Origin: Terriglobia bacterium
GTDB lineage: Bacteria; Acidobacteriota; Terriglobia; Bryobacterales; Bryobacteraceae
Length of the DNA stretch: 64,000 bases
Assembly (NCBI GenBank): GCA_963742255.1
Contig: CAVUKW010000007.1
Coordinates: 1,680-65,679, forward strand
Direction of reading: 5' to 3'
Within the stretch, counting starts at the first letter, position 1. Each line of letters opens with the position of its first letter. Positions 38,810 through 50,246 of this stretch are shown here, piece by piece. The translations under genes and the position numbers were made by a program. The notes under the pieces were generated by a model that did not search any database, was not told the origin of the DNA, and was given only the letters and a program-made list of their open reading frames with translations.

Positions 38810-38830
38810 GGGACATATCCAGAGTGTCCC
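38810..38830. repeat. REP-like hairpin flanking RayT copy 2 (5' side)
   Basis: GGGACA-TATCCAGAG-TGTCCC, immediately upstream of the ORF. Confidence 0.55.
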
Positions 38831-39215
38831 GGTTCAAGAAAATACGGCGAGTCGCGTCAGTCTGTCCCACGAGTCCCACACGAGTCCCCGAGTCGCACGT
38901 GGTCGTCACGATCGACGAGTCCGCAGACAGTTTCACTGCGGCGATCTTGGAGCAGGAGGCCGAGAAACATCGCACCACGCCCGGGAGAGGGTCGAAGAAA
39001 AAGAATCGGACGTCGGCCTGAGCGCCGAAGACCTCGCGAGTCTGGATTCCACCAACAACGCGAACGAGCGTTCGGCACAGTCACGCGAGTCCACGGAGTA
39101 TGCCCGTGACGATACGAACCAGGTAGCGGCACCGTCAATGTCCACGCGAAACAAACGGCGACGGACCGACGTACCACTGTTGACGCCCGACCGGCGACTC
39201 GCACTCTCGAAGCTT

Positions 39216-39976
39216 TCAGCGAGTGCGCGTGTCGACTAAGAACCGCAGAACCGTGTAGTGAATCCAATATTGCCAGGGCCAGATGTCGTCTGGATACTTC
39301 ACGATATCGGGAAACCTTCCCGTGGCCTCCTCGATCACGATTAGTCGATACCCAGAAAGGTCCACCAAAGAGCGGCCGCCCGCGAAGATAAATTGCCCAT
39401 TCGGGCTCCAACCTCCCGCGAACTCGATCCTCATCTGAGTGTTTATTTCCCTGGCCGATGTTGCAGCGATATCCTGAGTCATTAGATGATGCGCTGAGAC
39501 GAAGGCCACGCGTGTCCATCGGGTGAAAGCGAGGGGGCTTCGCCGTTCGCGTGCAGGAGCACCTCATTGTGCGCGAGGTCGATGACCCAAAACTCCTTCT
39601 CCGATCCGAACAAGACTCGTCCACCAGTAGACGACAGACACAGTCTCTGCAAGTGTGCCAGGTCCACTCCGGCGGTCAAAGCCGTACGGTCGTTCTGGCG
39701 TCCCGTTTTCGGGTCAAGGAGCAGAAACTCAAACCCACCTCGACCAACAAGAACACAGGCGATCCTTAATGGCGCTGAAGATGCCGCCAACAACGTTGGA
39801 TGAAACCGGAAACGTGGCAAACTCAGGTGGACTCCCCAAAAGGCTTCCAAGAGCAGGATCCCGGCGATAGCAACCGCGGCAATCCGGGAAAGCAGGCGCA
39901 CGCGCCGAATCGCACGGATGACGTTAGCTTTCAATCGGTAAACCTGCGTCGCGCCAAAAATAGTGTCCGGAACCAT
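39216..39976 (-). CDS. Membrane-anchored protein with PD40/TolB-like beta-propeller repeats, 1 frameshift
   Basis: ORF 39482..39976 (TM: IAAVAIAGILLLEAFWG; ...LSPDG) joins 39216..39509 (VAFVSAHH..., WSPNGQFIFAG). Low GC. Confidence 0.45.
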
Positions 39977-40123
39977 GAAGTCGCCCGGAGACCAGATCGC
40001 TTGGCGATGCTAAATCGTACATTGCACAACTTGAAGCCAAGACGCTAATGCCAGACCTAGCGTGGCGGCTCCGTCACGATATTTGCGTGAGCCGGTCGTC
40101 GCAGGGGATGGGAGAGGGATGAG

Positions 40124-40183
40124 AGGGACAGCCTGCATCAAGCAATTCATTTTTCTTTCCAAGGGGACGGAGCGCTTCGTCCA
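40124..40183 (-). repeat. REP-like unit, copy E (same form and orientation as copy B)
   Basis: AGGGACAGCCTGCATCAAGCAATTCATTTTTCTTTCCAAGGGGACGGAGCGCTTCGTCCA. Confidence 0.7.
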
Positions 40184-40224
40184 CTTGGAGAAGTTTCCCC
40201 TTCGCCGACCACTTATTTTCCGAA

Positions 40225-40577
40225 ATGCCCCGCAATGCCCGCTGCGTTGTTCCGGATCTCCCCTATCATATAACCCAAAGGGGAACGAATCGGGAGACCG
40301 TTTTTCACTCCTCCGGCGACCGCCACACGTACCTCGGCCTGGTTCGTGAGAATCTGACCGACTGCGGGGTGGGCGTCCTGGCTTATTGTTTAATGACCAA
40401 TCAGGTCCATTGGGTGCTGGTTCCAGAACGGCCGCTACGCGCAGATGTCGAATTCGCGGCGCAAACGTTCGCTTTCCGAGGCGCGCTTGTGGATCGCGTT
40501 ACGCTACGTCGAACAGAACCCCGTGCGCACCTTACTGGCGCGGTCGCCCGAAGATTGCCAGTGGTCCGGCGCGCAGG
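40225..40577 (+). pseudogene. Decayed third RayT-like copy (near-identical to copy 1 over its first 309 nt block, then two ~36-nt deletions and 3' truncation)
   Basis: 40119..40427 matches 33171..33479 with 5 mismatches. The HUH His is changed (NHVH to NQVH). There are internal deletions after GGTTCCAGA and after GCAAACGTTC. Similarity ends at GTTCACCTGAC (40577). Confidence 0.75.
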
Positions 40578-40665
40578 TTCACCTGACCTTTCGATTTCAT
40601 CAATGCCTGTGAGATCGACCGCTTCCTCCGGGCGCGGCTCGAGGGGGACTATTAGACCGGCTTTA

Positions 40666-41175
40666 TTAGATCGGCTGCGGCATTCGCAGCTGGGCTTTGG
40701 AGAGAGCCCGTTCCAGCATTTCGGCGGCGTCGGGTTCCGATAAGCCGCGGGAAGTGGAGTATTCGGTGAGGAGCATGTGCCGGGCGCGATCGAGCATTTT
40801 CTTTTCCCGAAAGCTCAGCGGTTTTTGCGCTTGAAGAATCAGCAGGCTCTTCATCACTTCCGCGACGTCCAGCAGGCTGCCGTTTGCCATCTTCTCGGTA
40901 TTTTCCTTGAAGCGGTCCTTCCAGTCGGTGTGGCGGCGGCAACGGCCTTCCGATAGGAAGCTGACGACACGCGCCATTTCTCCATTGCGGGTCACGCGGC
41001 GCAGACCGAGGTCGCCGGCGTGCGAAAACGGGACCATCACCGTCAGGCTGTTGTAAGTCAGACGGAGCAGATAAAACCGCTCGAAATGACCCGCAAAAGC
41101 TCGACTGCTGATGTTCTCAATGGTGGCTACCCCATGATTCGGGTAGACTACTTTTTCACCAACCTGGAAAGTCAT
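40666..41175 (-). CDS. cdnL: CarD/CdnL-family RNA-polymerase-binding transcription factor
   Basis: Met at 41175 in ORF 40666..41205. MTFQVGEKVVYPNHGVATIENI...FYLLRL...MVPF. Confidence 0.85.
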   Translation of the reverse strand: MTFQVGEKVVYPNHGVATIENISSRAFAGHFERFYLLRLTYNSLTVMVPFSHAGDLGLRRVTRNGEMARVVSFLSEGRCRRHTDWKDRFKENTEKMANGSLLDVAEVMKSLLILQAQKPLSFREKKMLDRARHMLLTEYSTSRGLSEPDAAEMLERALSKAQLRMPQPI

Positions 41176-41415
41176 GCGTGGGCTCTCAAAGGCGTCTTCC
41201 CTCACGTGGACTATGCCCTCCGGCTCAGATCCGGAGCACAGCGAAAGAGCATCTTAATCTGAACTTAATCATGTGTCAACAGGAAAAGTTCGACCTCTAT
41301 TTTCAACGCGCAACTGATTGATCCCGCGTTATTTCTGTAAGGATTTGTCAGCTTCTAAGGCCACCCCGCGAATGTCGACGGAGGGGTGGATCGGGTAGGA
41401 TGAAAAGATACCTCG

Positions 41416-44220
41416 ATGGACACGGCCAAACTGGATTTGAAGAAGACGGTGCATCTTCCGCGCACCGATTTTCCGATGAAAGCGAACCTTTCGCAGCTGG
41501 AGCCGAAGCTGCTGGCGCGATGGGTGGAGACGGGGCTGTACGATCGGATTCGGGAGTCGCGGGAAGGGCGTCCGACATACATTCTGCACGACGGTCCGCC
41601 GTATGCGAACGGCAGCATTCACCTGGGCACCGCGTTCAATAAGGTACTGAAGGATTTTATCGTCAAGTCCAAGACGATGGAGGGTTTCGACTCGCCCTAC
41701 GTGCCGGGTTGGGATTGCCACGGTCTGCCGATCGAGATCCGGGTGGACAATCAGCTCGGTTCCAAGAAAGCGTCGATGACCACGGCGCAGATCCGGGCGG
41801 CATGCCGGGCTTACGCCGAGAAATATATCGACTTGCAGCGCAAGGATTTCATCCGGTTAGGGGTTCTGGGGCGCTGGCAGAATCCTTATCTGACGATGAG
41901 CGCGCATTACGAGTCCGTCATCGCGGGCACGTTCGTCGAATTTCTGGATCGGGGCTATGTTTACAAGGGCTTGAAGCCGGTCAACTGGTGCATTCATGAT
42001 CGAACCGCGCTGGCGGAGGCGGAAGTCGAATATGAGGATCACACCAGCCCGTCGATCTGGGTCCGATTTGCTCTGACATCGGATCCGGCAGAAATCAACC
42101 CGTCGCTAGCGGGAAAACGAGTGTTCGGGCTGATCTGGACCACTACGCCGTGGACCATTCCGGCCAACATGGCGATCGCCTACCATCCCAAATTCACGTA
42201 CCTGGCGGTACAGGTTCACGACGATGTTTATATCGTCGCGAAAGAGCTGTTGGGCGCCACGGCGGAAGTATGTGGATGGGAATCGCCCGCGACGCTGGCG
42301 GAGTTTACGGGAGACCGGATGGAGGGGACGGTATTCCAGCATCCTTTCCTGGAACGGAAATCGCTAGGCATTCTGGGCGATCACGTGACGCTGGAGCACG
42401 GCACGGGCGCGGTGCATACGGCGCCGGGGCACGGCCAGGAAGATTATCTGATCGGGCAGCAATACAACATCGCGGTATTTTGTCCAGTGGATGGCGCGGG
42501 CAAGTTTTATCACGCGGAGGGCGCGCCGGGGGTGCTGCCGGAAGAATTGATCGGCAAGACGGTGTGGCAGGCGAATCCGATTGTCAACGATCTGCTGTCG
42601 CATCACGGAGCGTTGCTCGCGACCCGCAAAATTGAACATAGTTATCCGCACTGCTGGCGCTGCCACAATCCGACGATTTTCCGGGCGACCGAGCAGTGGT
42701 TCATCGGGATGGACCGCAATGATCTGCGGGGCAGGACGCTCGAAGCGATCAAGAAGGTGCAGTGGACGCCGGCGTCGGGCGAGCTGCGGATGTCGAACAT
42801 GATCGCGACGCGGCCGGACTGGTGCATCTCGCGGCAACGCATCTGGGGCGTGCCGATCACGGTGTTCTATTGCGAAGGGTGCCAGGAGCCGTTCACCGAT
42901 CGCAAGGTTCTGGATCACGTGGTTGCGCTGTTTCGCGAACACACGGCGGACGTGTGGTACGACAAGAGCGCGGCGGAGCTGATGGGCGCGGGCGCGAAGT
43001 GCGCGAAGTGCGGAGGGACGGCGTTCCGGAAGGAGAGCGACATCCTGGATGTGTGGCTCGATTCGGGCTGCAGTCATCTGGAAACGCTGACGCCGGAGAA
43101 TCACCTGCCCTGGCCGTCGGACATGTATCTGGAAGGCGGCGATCAATACCGGGGATGGTTCCACAGCTCCTTGCTGATCGGCGTGGGACTGAAGGGCGAA
43201 TCGCCATATCGGGCGTGCGCGACGCACGGATGGACGCTCGACGAGCACGGGCATGCGATGCACAAATCCAAGGGCAACGCGATCGAGCCCGAGGATTTCA
43301 TCAAGCAATACGGCGCGGAATTGCTGAGGCTATGGACGGCGTCGGTCGATTTCACGGAAGATGTCCGCCTGTCGAAGACCATCATCGACCGGCTGGTGGA
43401 GGCGTATCGCAAGCTGCGCAATACGTTCCGCTACGCGCTGGGAAATCTGCACGATTTCGATCCTGCCAAGGACCTGATCAAGCCGGCGGAGATGCTGGAG
43501 ATCGACCGCTGGATCCTGGCGCGCTCGGAAGACGTGATCCGTCGCAGCCTGGTGCATTACCAGAACCTGGAATTTCACAAGGTGTATCGCGCGGTGTACG
43601 ATTTCGCGACCACGGATTTGAGCGCGGTGTATTTCGACGTGTTGAAAGACCGGCTGTACACCAGCGCGACGCGAAGCCATGCGCGACGCAGCGGACAGAC
43701 GGCGCTGTATCGCATCCATTACGCGTTGACGCGATTGGTGGCGCCGCTGCTGGCGTTCACGGCGGAAGAAGTGTGGGGCTACACGGCCAAGCCGGCGGGC
43801 TCGCCCGAGAGCGTCCACATGGCGCTGTTCCCGGAGCCGGAGGAAGTCGCATCGGCGCTGGACGCGGATACGCTCGGCAAGTGGGACCGGCTGATGGAAG
43901 TTCGCGAAGTGGTTCTGAAGGCATTAGAGGAAGCGCGGCAAGTGAAGTTCATCGGCGCGCCACTGGAAGCTCGGGTGCGGCTGGAGGCGGGCGACGATCT
44001 GTATCCGCTGCTGTCACAGTACGCGGCGGAGTTGCCGTCGCTGTTCATCGTTTCGCAAGTGACGGTGGAACGGGCCGGTGCGCTGCGGGCTACGGTGGAG
44101 CGGGCGGACGGACAGAAGTGCGAACGGTGCTGGAAGTATTCGACGCTGGTCGGGTCCGACGCGGAATTTCCGACGGTGTGCGACACCTGCGCGGCGGCGC
44201 TCCGGGAAATGCGCGAATGA
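41416..44220 (+). CDS. ileS: Isoleucine--tRNA ligase
   Basis: Intact 934 aa. PYANGSIHLGTAFNK (HIGH), MHKSKGNAI (KMSKS), C-terminal CxxC...CxxC zinc motif. Confidence 0.95.
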   Translation: MDTAKLDLKKTVHLPRTDFPMKANLSQLEPKLLARWVETGLYDRIRESREGRPTYILHDGPPYANGSIHLGTAFNKVLKDFIVKSKTMEGFDSPYVPGWDCHGLPIEIRVDNQLGSKKASMTTAQIRAACRAYAEKYIDLQRKDFIRLGVLGRWQNPYLTMSAHYESVIAGTFVEFLDRGYVYKGLKPVNWCIHDRTALAEAEVEYEDHTSPSIWVRFALTSDPAEINPSLAGKRVFGLIWTTTPWTIPANMAIAYHPKFTYLAVQVHDDVYIVAKELLGATAEVCGWESPATLAEFTGDRMEGTVFQHPFLERKSLGILGDHVTLEHGTGAVHTAPGHGQEDYLIGQQYNIAVFCPVDGAGKFYHAEGAPGVLPEELIGKTVWQANPIVNDLLSHHGALLATRKIEHSYPHCWRCHNPTIFRATEQWFIGMDRNDLRGRTLEAIKKVQWTPASGELRMSNMIATRPDWCISRQRIWGVPITVFYCEGCQEPFTDRKVLDHVVALFREHTADVWYDKSAAELMGAGAKCAKCGGTAFRKESDILDVWLDSGCSHLETLTPENHLPWPSDMYLEGGDQYRGWFHSSLLIGVGLKGESPYRACATHGWTLDEHGHAMHKSKGNAIEPEDFIKQYGAELLRLWTASVDFTEDVRLSKTIIDRLVEAYRKLRNTFRYALGNLHDFDPAKDLIKPAEMLEIDRWILARSEDVIRRSLVHYQNLEFHKVYRAVYDFATTDLSAVYFDVLKDRLYTSATRSHARRSGQTALYRIHYALTRLVAPLLAFTAEEVWGYTAKPAGSPESVHMALFPEPEEVASALDADTLGKWDRLMEVREVVLKALEEARQVKFIGAPLEARVRLEAGDDLYPLLSQYAAELPSLFIVSQVTVERAGALRATVERADGQKCERCWKYSTLVGSDAEFPTVCDTCAAALREMRE

Positions 44221-44720
44221 GTATCCGGGCGCGATCGGCAGCGATCATAGCCGCGGTGGTGCTGCTGGATCGCGTGACCAAGTGGATCATCCGGACGCGC
44301 GTTTCGGGGTTCGATATGATCCCGGTGATTCCGGGATTTTTCAATATCGTCCACACGGAAAATCCGGGCGCGGCGTTCGGGGTGCTCTCCGATTCGAATT
44401 ATCTGTGGCGGCGATTGCTGCTGATCGGAGTCTCGGTGGCGGTGATGGCGATCATCGGCGCAATGCTGTGGCGCACGCCGGCATCATCCATGAGCACGCT
44501 GATGAGCGTCGGTCTGGCGCTGGTATTCGGCGGAGCGCTGGGGAACCTGTGGGATCGCGCGCTGGCGGGAACGGTCACCGATTTTCTGCAATTCTTCTTC
44601 GGATCCTACGAATTTCCGTCGTTTAACGCGGCGGATAGCTCGATCACGGTGGGGGCGTGCCTGCTGTTGCTGGATTTATGGAGAAGCAGGGAGACGGAGA
44701 ATCCGAAGAAGGCGGAATAG
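44217..44720 (+). CDS. lspA: Lipoprotein signal peptidase II
   Basis: ATG at 44217 (ATGA overlap with the ileS stop) in ORF 42762..44720. FFNIVHTENPGAAFG, GGALGNLWDR, FPSFNAADSSITVG. Confidence 0.9.
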   Translation: MSIRARSAAIIAAVVLLDRVTKWIIRTRVSGFDMIPVIPGFFNIVHTENPGAAFGVLSDSNYLWRRLLLIGVSVAVMAIIGAMLWRTPASSMSTLMSVGLALVFGGALGNLWDRALAGTVTDFLQFFFGSYEFPSFNAADSSITVGACLLLLDLWRSRETENPKKAE

Positions 44721-44723
44721 CGG

Positions 44724-45125
44724 TCAATCGATGGTGGGGATGAGATTCGATTCGACGATGCGCTGATCGGATGTGAGCAGGCGGAGTCCGTGGACTCGCG
44801 AGGTGGCAACGATGACGCGATCGGCCGGGTCGCGTAGGGCACCACCCATTTTCAGGACCTCTTCCGCGATCTCGAAGGTCAAGGGAAGAATCCGAAATAT
44901 CGAATTCCTTCGCAATTCGTCGAAAAGTTCGCCTGCCGTCGTCGATTTGATTCTGACCCGGCCGTCCATGAACAGCAGAGCGATTTCCATGAGGCTAATC
45001 GCACTCACGGCCAGCAATTCGCGGCTGCGTACGGCATGTTCCACGACGCGGAATTGTTCCCTTGAGAGTTTGTTTGGCTCGACGATCCAACGGATGACAA
45101 CGTGGGTGTCGAGCAGGTCCATCAT
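44724..45125 (-). CDS. vapC: Type II toxin, PIN-domain VapC family
   Basis: Intact 133 aa. LLDTHVVIRW (first acidic residue), DPADRVIVATS, LLTSDQ. Confidence 0.8.
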   Translation of the reverse strand: MMDLLDTHVVIRWIVEPNKLSREQFRVVEHAVRSRELLAVSAISLMEIALLFMDGRVRIKSTTAGELFDELRRNSIFRILPLTFEIAEEVLKMGGALRDPADRVIVATSRVHGLRLLTSDQRIVESNLIPTID

Positions 45126-45373
45126 TTCGCCTTCCGCTTACGCAGGGCGTTCCACAGCGGTGTCGTCTCGAAGTTCACGATATCGCCGACGATCTCCACT
45201 TTTCCCGCCCACATTCCGGCCGGGGATTTCCATTCCTTGCTCTTGATGGGCTGGAGGGTGGCGACGGCGCGACCCCGCTTGGTCACGGTAATGACCTCGC
45301 CTTTATCGACTTCATCGAGCAATTTCAGGCATTTCGCCTTGAACTCGGTGGCGTTGACGATTCTGGATGCCAT
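45122..45373 (-). CDS. Type II antitoxin, Phd/YefM-like
   Basis: Intact 83 aa. IVNATEFKAKCLKLLDEVDKGEVITVTKRGRAVATLQP. 4-nt overlap with vapC. Confidence 0.75.
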   Translation of the reverse strand: MASRIVNATEFKAKCLKLLDEVDKGEVITVTKRGRAVATLQPIKSKEWKSPAGMWAGKVEIVGDIVNFETTPLWNALRKRKAK

Positions 45374-45389
45374 ATCTAATAATAACTGG

Positions 45390-45752
45390 TCATCTGACCA
45401 CTTGGGATCTCTCGGCGATTCGCGATTTCACCAGCTTCTTTACCAGCGCGGCGGGGAGAGGCTTTTTGGAATCGAAACGGATGGTGCTTTTTTCGACTTC
45501 GTAGGACTTGAGCGCGGTCTTATTGGCCTCGATCGGGTGCTTGCCGGGATAGAAGGCGCAGTGTTTCGCGGCAGCGCCGAAGGATACCAGCAGTTTGCCG
45601 CCGAGACGGAAACAGGGGATGCCGTAGCCGATGTACTCTTCCGCCGTGGGCGCGGCGGAACGGATGGCGTTGCGAAGCTTCTCGAGGGCGGCCCGTTTGT
45701 CTTGCGGCAGGGGCGCCAGGTACTCGTCTATGGTTTGAGGTTTCGCGGGCAT
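45390..45752 (-). CDS. DUF1801 (YdhG-like) domain protein
   Basis: Intact 120 aa. IDEYLAPLPQDKRAALEKLRNAIRSAAP...YGIPCFRL. Confidence 0.7.
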   Translation of the reverse strand: MPAKPQTIDEYLAPLPQDKRAALEKLRNAIRSAAPTAEEYIGYGIPCFRLGGKLLVSFGAAAKHCAFYPGKHPIEANKTALKSYEVEKSTIRFDSKKPLPAALVKKLVKSRIAERSQVVR

Positions 45753-45793
45753 GGGGAAATGATACGCCCGTTCGCGACGCTATACTCAACAAC

Positions 45794-47053
45794 ATGCGAT
45801 GGATTGTCGGGCTCGTGTTGTTGCTCGGGCCGCTGTTCGGGGATGGCATTCCGCATGGCGAATATCACGACCGGCGGGCGCAGCTGCGCAAATCGCTGGA
45901 CGGCGTGATGGTGCTGTTCGGCGCGGATGAATCGGACGACATGCGGTCGCGCTTTCTACAGGACACCAACTTCCTTTATCTATCCGGATGGGGCGATCCG
46001 GGCGCGGCGATGATGCTGACCAAGGATGAGGAAATCCTGTTCCTGCCGGAGCGGAACCTGCGGATGGAGAATTTCACGGGGCGCAAGATCGGGCCGGATG
46101 AAGAAGACGCTCCACAGAAAACGGGATTCGATCATGTGCTGCCGCGATCGGCGATGGAGACGACGTTTGTGCGGCTGCTGGAGCATTCGCGGCGGGTGTA
46201 TACGCTGCCGGAGCAGGCCGAGGCGCAGAAACTGGCGCTGATGGCTCCGCTGCATGCCAATGTTTCGGCGGTCGGTCCCATCGCGAAACTGAGGATGATC
46301 AAGTCGCCGGCGGAGATCGAGCTGATCAGCAAGGCGGTGGATGCGACGGTCGCGGCGCACCTGGCGGCGTGGCAGCGGATCCATGCGGGGATGTTCGAGT
46401 ATCAGGTGGCGGCGACGATGCGCGACACCTATCTGGAGCGCGGCTGCGAAGGCGACGCGTATTCGCCGATCGTCGGCAGCGGTCCGAACAGCACCGTTCT
46501 TCATTACATGGCGGATCGGCGGCGCATGGATTCGGGGGAACTGGTGGTGATGGACGTCGGCGCGGAATGCGGCGATTACGCGTCGGACGTGACGCGGACC
46601 GTTCCGGTCACCGGGAAATTCACGGCGCGGCAGCGCGAGATATATAAGATCGTGCTGGGCGCGCAGAAAGCGGCGATGGCGGCGGCGAAACCGGGGGCGA
46701 AAATCCGCGGCGACGGGTCACTGTATGAGATCGCTTACAACTACATCAACTCGCACGGCCAGGATCTGCACGGCGAGGCGCTGGGAAAATATTTCACGCA
46801 CGGACTGAGCCATCACGTCGGGCTCGACGTGCACGATCCGGACACCGGGCCGGAGCTGAAGGCGGGCATGGTGGTGACCATCGAGCCGGGGATTTATATT
46901 CCGGAAGAAAACATCGGCGTGCGGATCGAGGATACGATTCTGATCACCGATGACGGCTACAAAAATCTGAGCGAAGCCCTTCCGCGCGAGCCGGAGCAGA
47001 TCGAGAAGTGGATCTCAGAGAAGCAGGCGGCCCAGAAGCAGGTTGAAAAGTAA
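45794..47053 (+). CDS. Xaa-Pro aminopeptidase (M24B), secreted form
   Basis: Intact 419 aa. DVGAECGDYASDVTRT, HGLSHHVGLDVHD, VTIEPGIY, IEDTILIT. Confidence 0.85.
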   Translation: MRWIVGLVLLLGPLFGDGIPHGEYHDRRAQLRKSLDGVMVLFGADESDDMRSRFLQDTNFLYLSGWGDPGAAMMLTKDEEILFLPERNLRMENFTGRKIGPDEEDAPQKTGFDHVLPRSAMETTFVRLLEHSRRVYTLPEQAEAQKLALMAPLHANVSAVGPIAKLRMIKSPAEIELISKAVDATVAAHLAAWQRIHAGMFEYQVAATMRDTYLERGCEGDAYSPIVGSGPNSTVLHYMADRRRMDSGELVVMDVGAECGDYASDVTRTVPVTGKFTARQREIYKIVLGAQKAAMAAAKPGAKIRGDGSLYEIAYNYINSHGQDLHGEALGKYFTHGLSHHVGLDVHDPDTGPELKAGMVVTIEPGIYIPEENIGVRIEDTILITDDGYKNLSEALPREPEQIEKWISEKQAAQKQVEK

Positions 47054-48913
47054 CACACGAAAACAGACGCTGGGCTACGTAGCCGTGGTGGCGGGATGCT
47101 TCGCCATCGGCATGATCGCGGGCTGGCCGGATACGCGCTTCAACAAGTACGCCTATGATTGGCTGCTGACCGGCGAGGCGGCGGCGAACTGGACGCCGCA
47201 ATCGGTAATCGTGGCGATCGACGAGTTGACGTTAGCCAAGGGCGGCGGCGTTCCGGCGATGCGGACCATCGTCGGCGAGGCGATGCGGAAGATTGCGGCG
47301 GCGCACCCGGCGGCGGTGGCGAGCGACGTCACGTTATCCGATCGGACCGATCCGGCGATCGATCAGAAACTGGCGGAGGCGCTGGCGCAGGTGCCGCACC
47401 TGATTTTGCCGTGCGATCTAATTACGGCCGGCGGCCAGGCGAAATGGGAAGATCCGCTGCCGGAGTTTCGCAAATCGGCGGTCGCGCTGGGGCACGTGTT
47501 TCGAGGCGAATCGGGCACCGACGGCGTGGACCGGTCGCTGCCGATCGAAGAGATTGTCGACCATCAGTCGCGCTGGGCGCTAGCGCTTGAAACCTTACGC
47601 CGCGGCGCATGGCGATAACCCGATTCCGATCGAGTCACCGGACGACGTGAAGGTGGGCAACGTGATCATCCCGGCGCCGCGCGGCGAGCATGAGATCCAG
47701 CGCAACATGTTCATCCGCTATCTGCCGGCCGGGGTCATTCCCACGATTTCGGTGTTGGATCTGGATCAGCATCCGGACCTGATTCGGGGCAAGGCGGTGT
47801 TCCTCGGAGTGACGGCGCTATCGGCGGCGCGCGATCGGGTGTTCACGCCGTACGGGCAGCAGGTGGCCGGGGTGGAGATTCACGCGCAGGCTTACGAGAC
47901 GATCGCGCGGCAGGATTTTCTGACGCCGGCGCGGGATACGGCGGTGCTCGGGATCTGCGTGTTGTTCGCGGTCGCGGCGGGGCTGATTTTCGGATTGCGA
48001 TCGGGCTGGCAGGCTTATGTGCTGGCCGCGGCGCTGCTGGCGTTGTCGCACTGGACTCCGGTGCAATTTTTCCGTCATGGCGAGGTATTTCCTTATTTCG
48101 CGACGGTGGCGGTGGCGTGGTTGTGCACCGGCGGATCGGCCGGATTCCGGTATTTCTTCGTGCAGCGGCAGCTGAAGAAATCGGAGTCGGAGCGGACGCG
48201 CTACCAGCAGGCGATCCACTGGGCCGCGCACGAGATGCGCACGCCGCTGACGGCCATCCAAGGGTCCAGCGAAATCATGACCCGCTACACGCTGCCCGAG
48301 GACAAGCGGAAGCAGTTGAGCGAGATGATCAACTCCGAATCGAAGCGGCTGGCGCGGATGATCCAGACGTTTCTCGACGTCGAACGTCTGGCCGACGGCC
48401 AGATGGAGATGAAGCGCGAGCCGTTCGCCGCGGCCGACGTCGTCGAGACCTGCCTGCAAGCGCGTGGCAGCCGCTCGCGGAGCGCAAGAAGATCCGACTA
48501 TTTCTGGATACTCGCCGTCGAAGGCACGTCTGACCGGCGACCGCGAACTGATGGAGTACGCGTTCTACAATCTGCTGACCAACGCGGTGAAATATTCGCC
48601 GCCGGAAACGCGAAGTGCACGTCACGTCGCGAGCTGCGCGGCGACGAGCTGCGGCTCTCGGTGCGCGATCAGGGCATCGGCATGGACGCGAAGGAACTGA
48701 AGAATATCTTCAAGAAGTTCTATCGCACCAAGCGCGCCGAAGCGTCGGGCGAAGTCGGCACCGGCATCGGACTCTCCATCGTCGAGCAGATCGTCACGCA
48801 TCACGGCGGGCGCATGGAGGTCACCAGCGAGCCTGGCAAAGGCTCATGCTTTACCATGATAGTGACGGCTCCAAGCCATGTTTCAAGCCGCCGCGTCCGC
48901 CGTATTCTTGACA

Positions 48914-48942
<29 letters not shown>
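47043..48942 (+). CDS. CHASE2-domain sensor histidine kinase, at least 4 frameshifts
   Basis: Pieces 47043..47618 (CHASE2-like: VIVAIDELTL...HVF), 47587..48942 (TM block, HEMRTPLTAIQGSSE H-box, GIGLSIVEQIVTHHGG) and internal out-of-frame segments 48117..48533 and 48464..48700 (NLLTNAVKYSP). Confidence 0.75.

Positions 48943-50242
<1,300 letters not shown>

Positions 50243-50246
<4 letters not shown>

Noticed and set aside
38808-39239. 143-aa ORF on the + strand as a real gene between RayT copy 2 and the PD40-like gene
   Set aside because: The composition is Arg/Ser/Glu-biased, there is no recognisable domain or plausible RBS, and it overlaps the repeated CGAGTCC motifs. It is treated as non-coding.
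41206-41415. T-box or attenuator leader upstream of ileS
   Set aside because: Only one modest hairpin (CCACCCC..GGGGTGG) is present, with no T-box sequence or specifier architecture. T-boxes are also not expected in this lineage.
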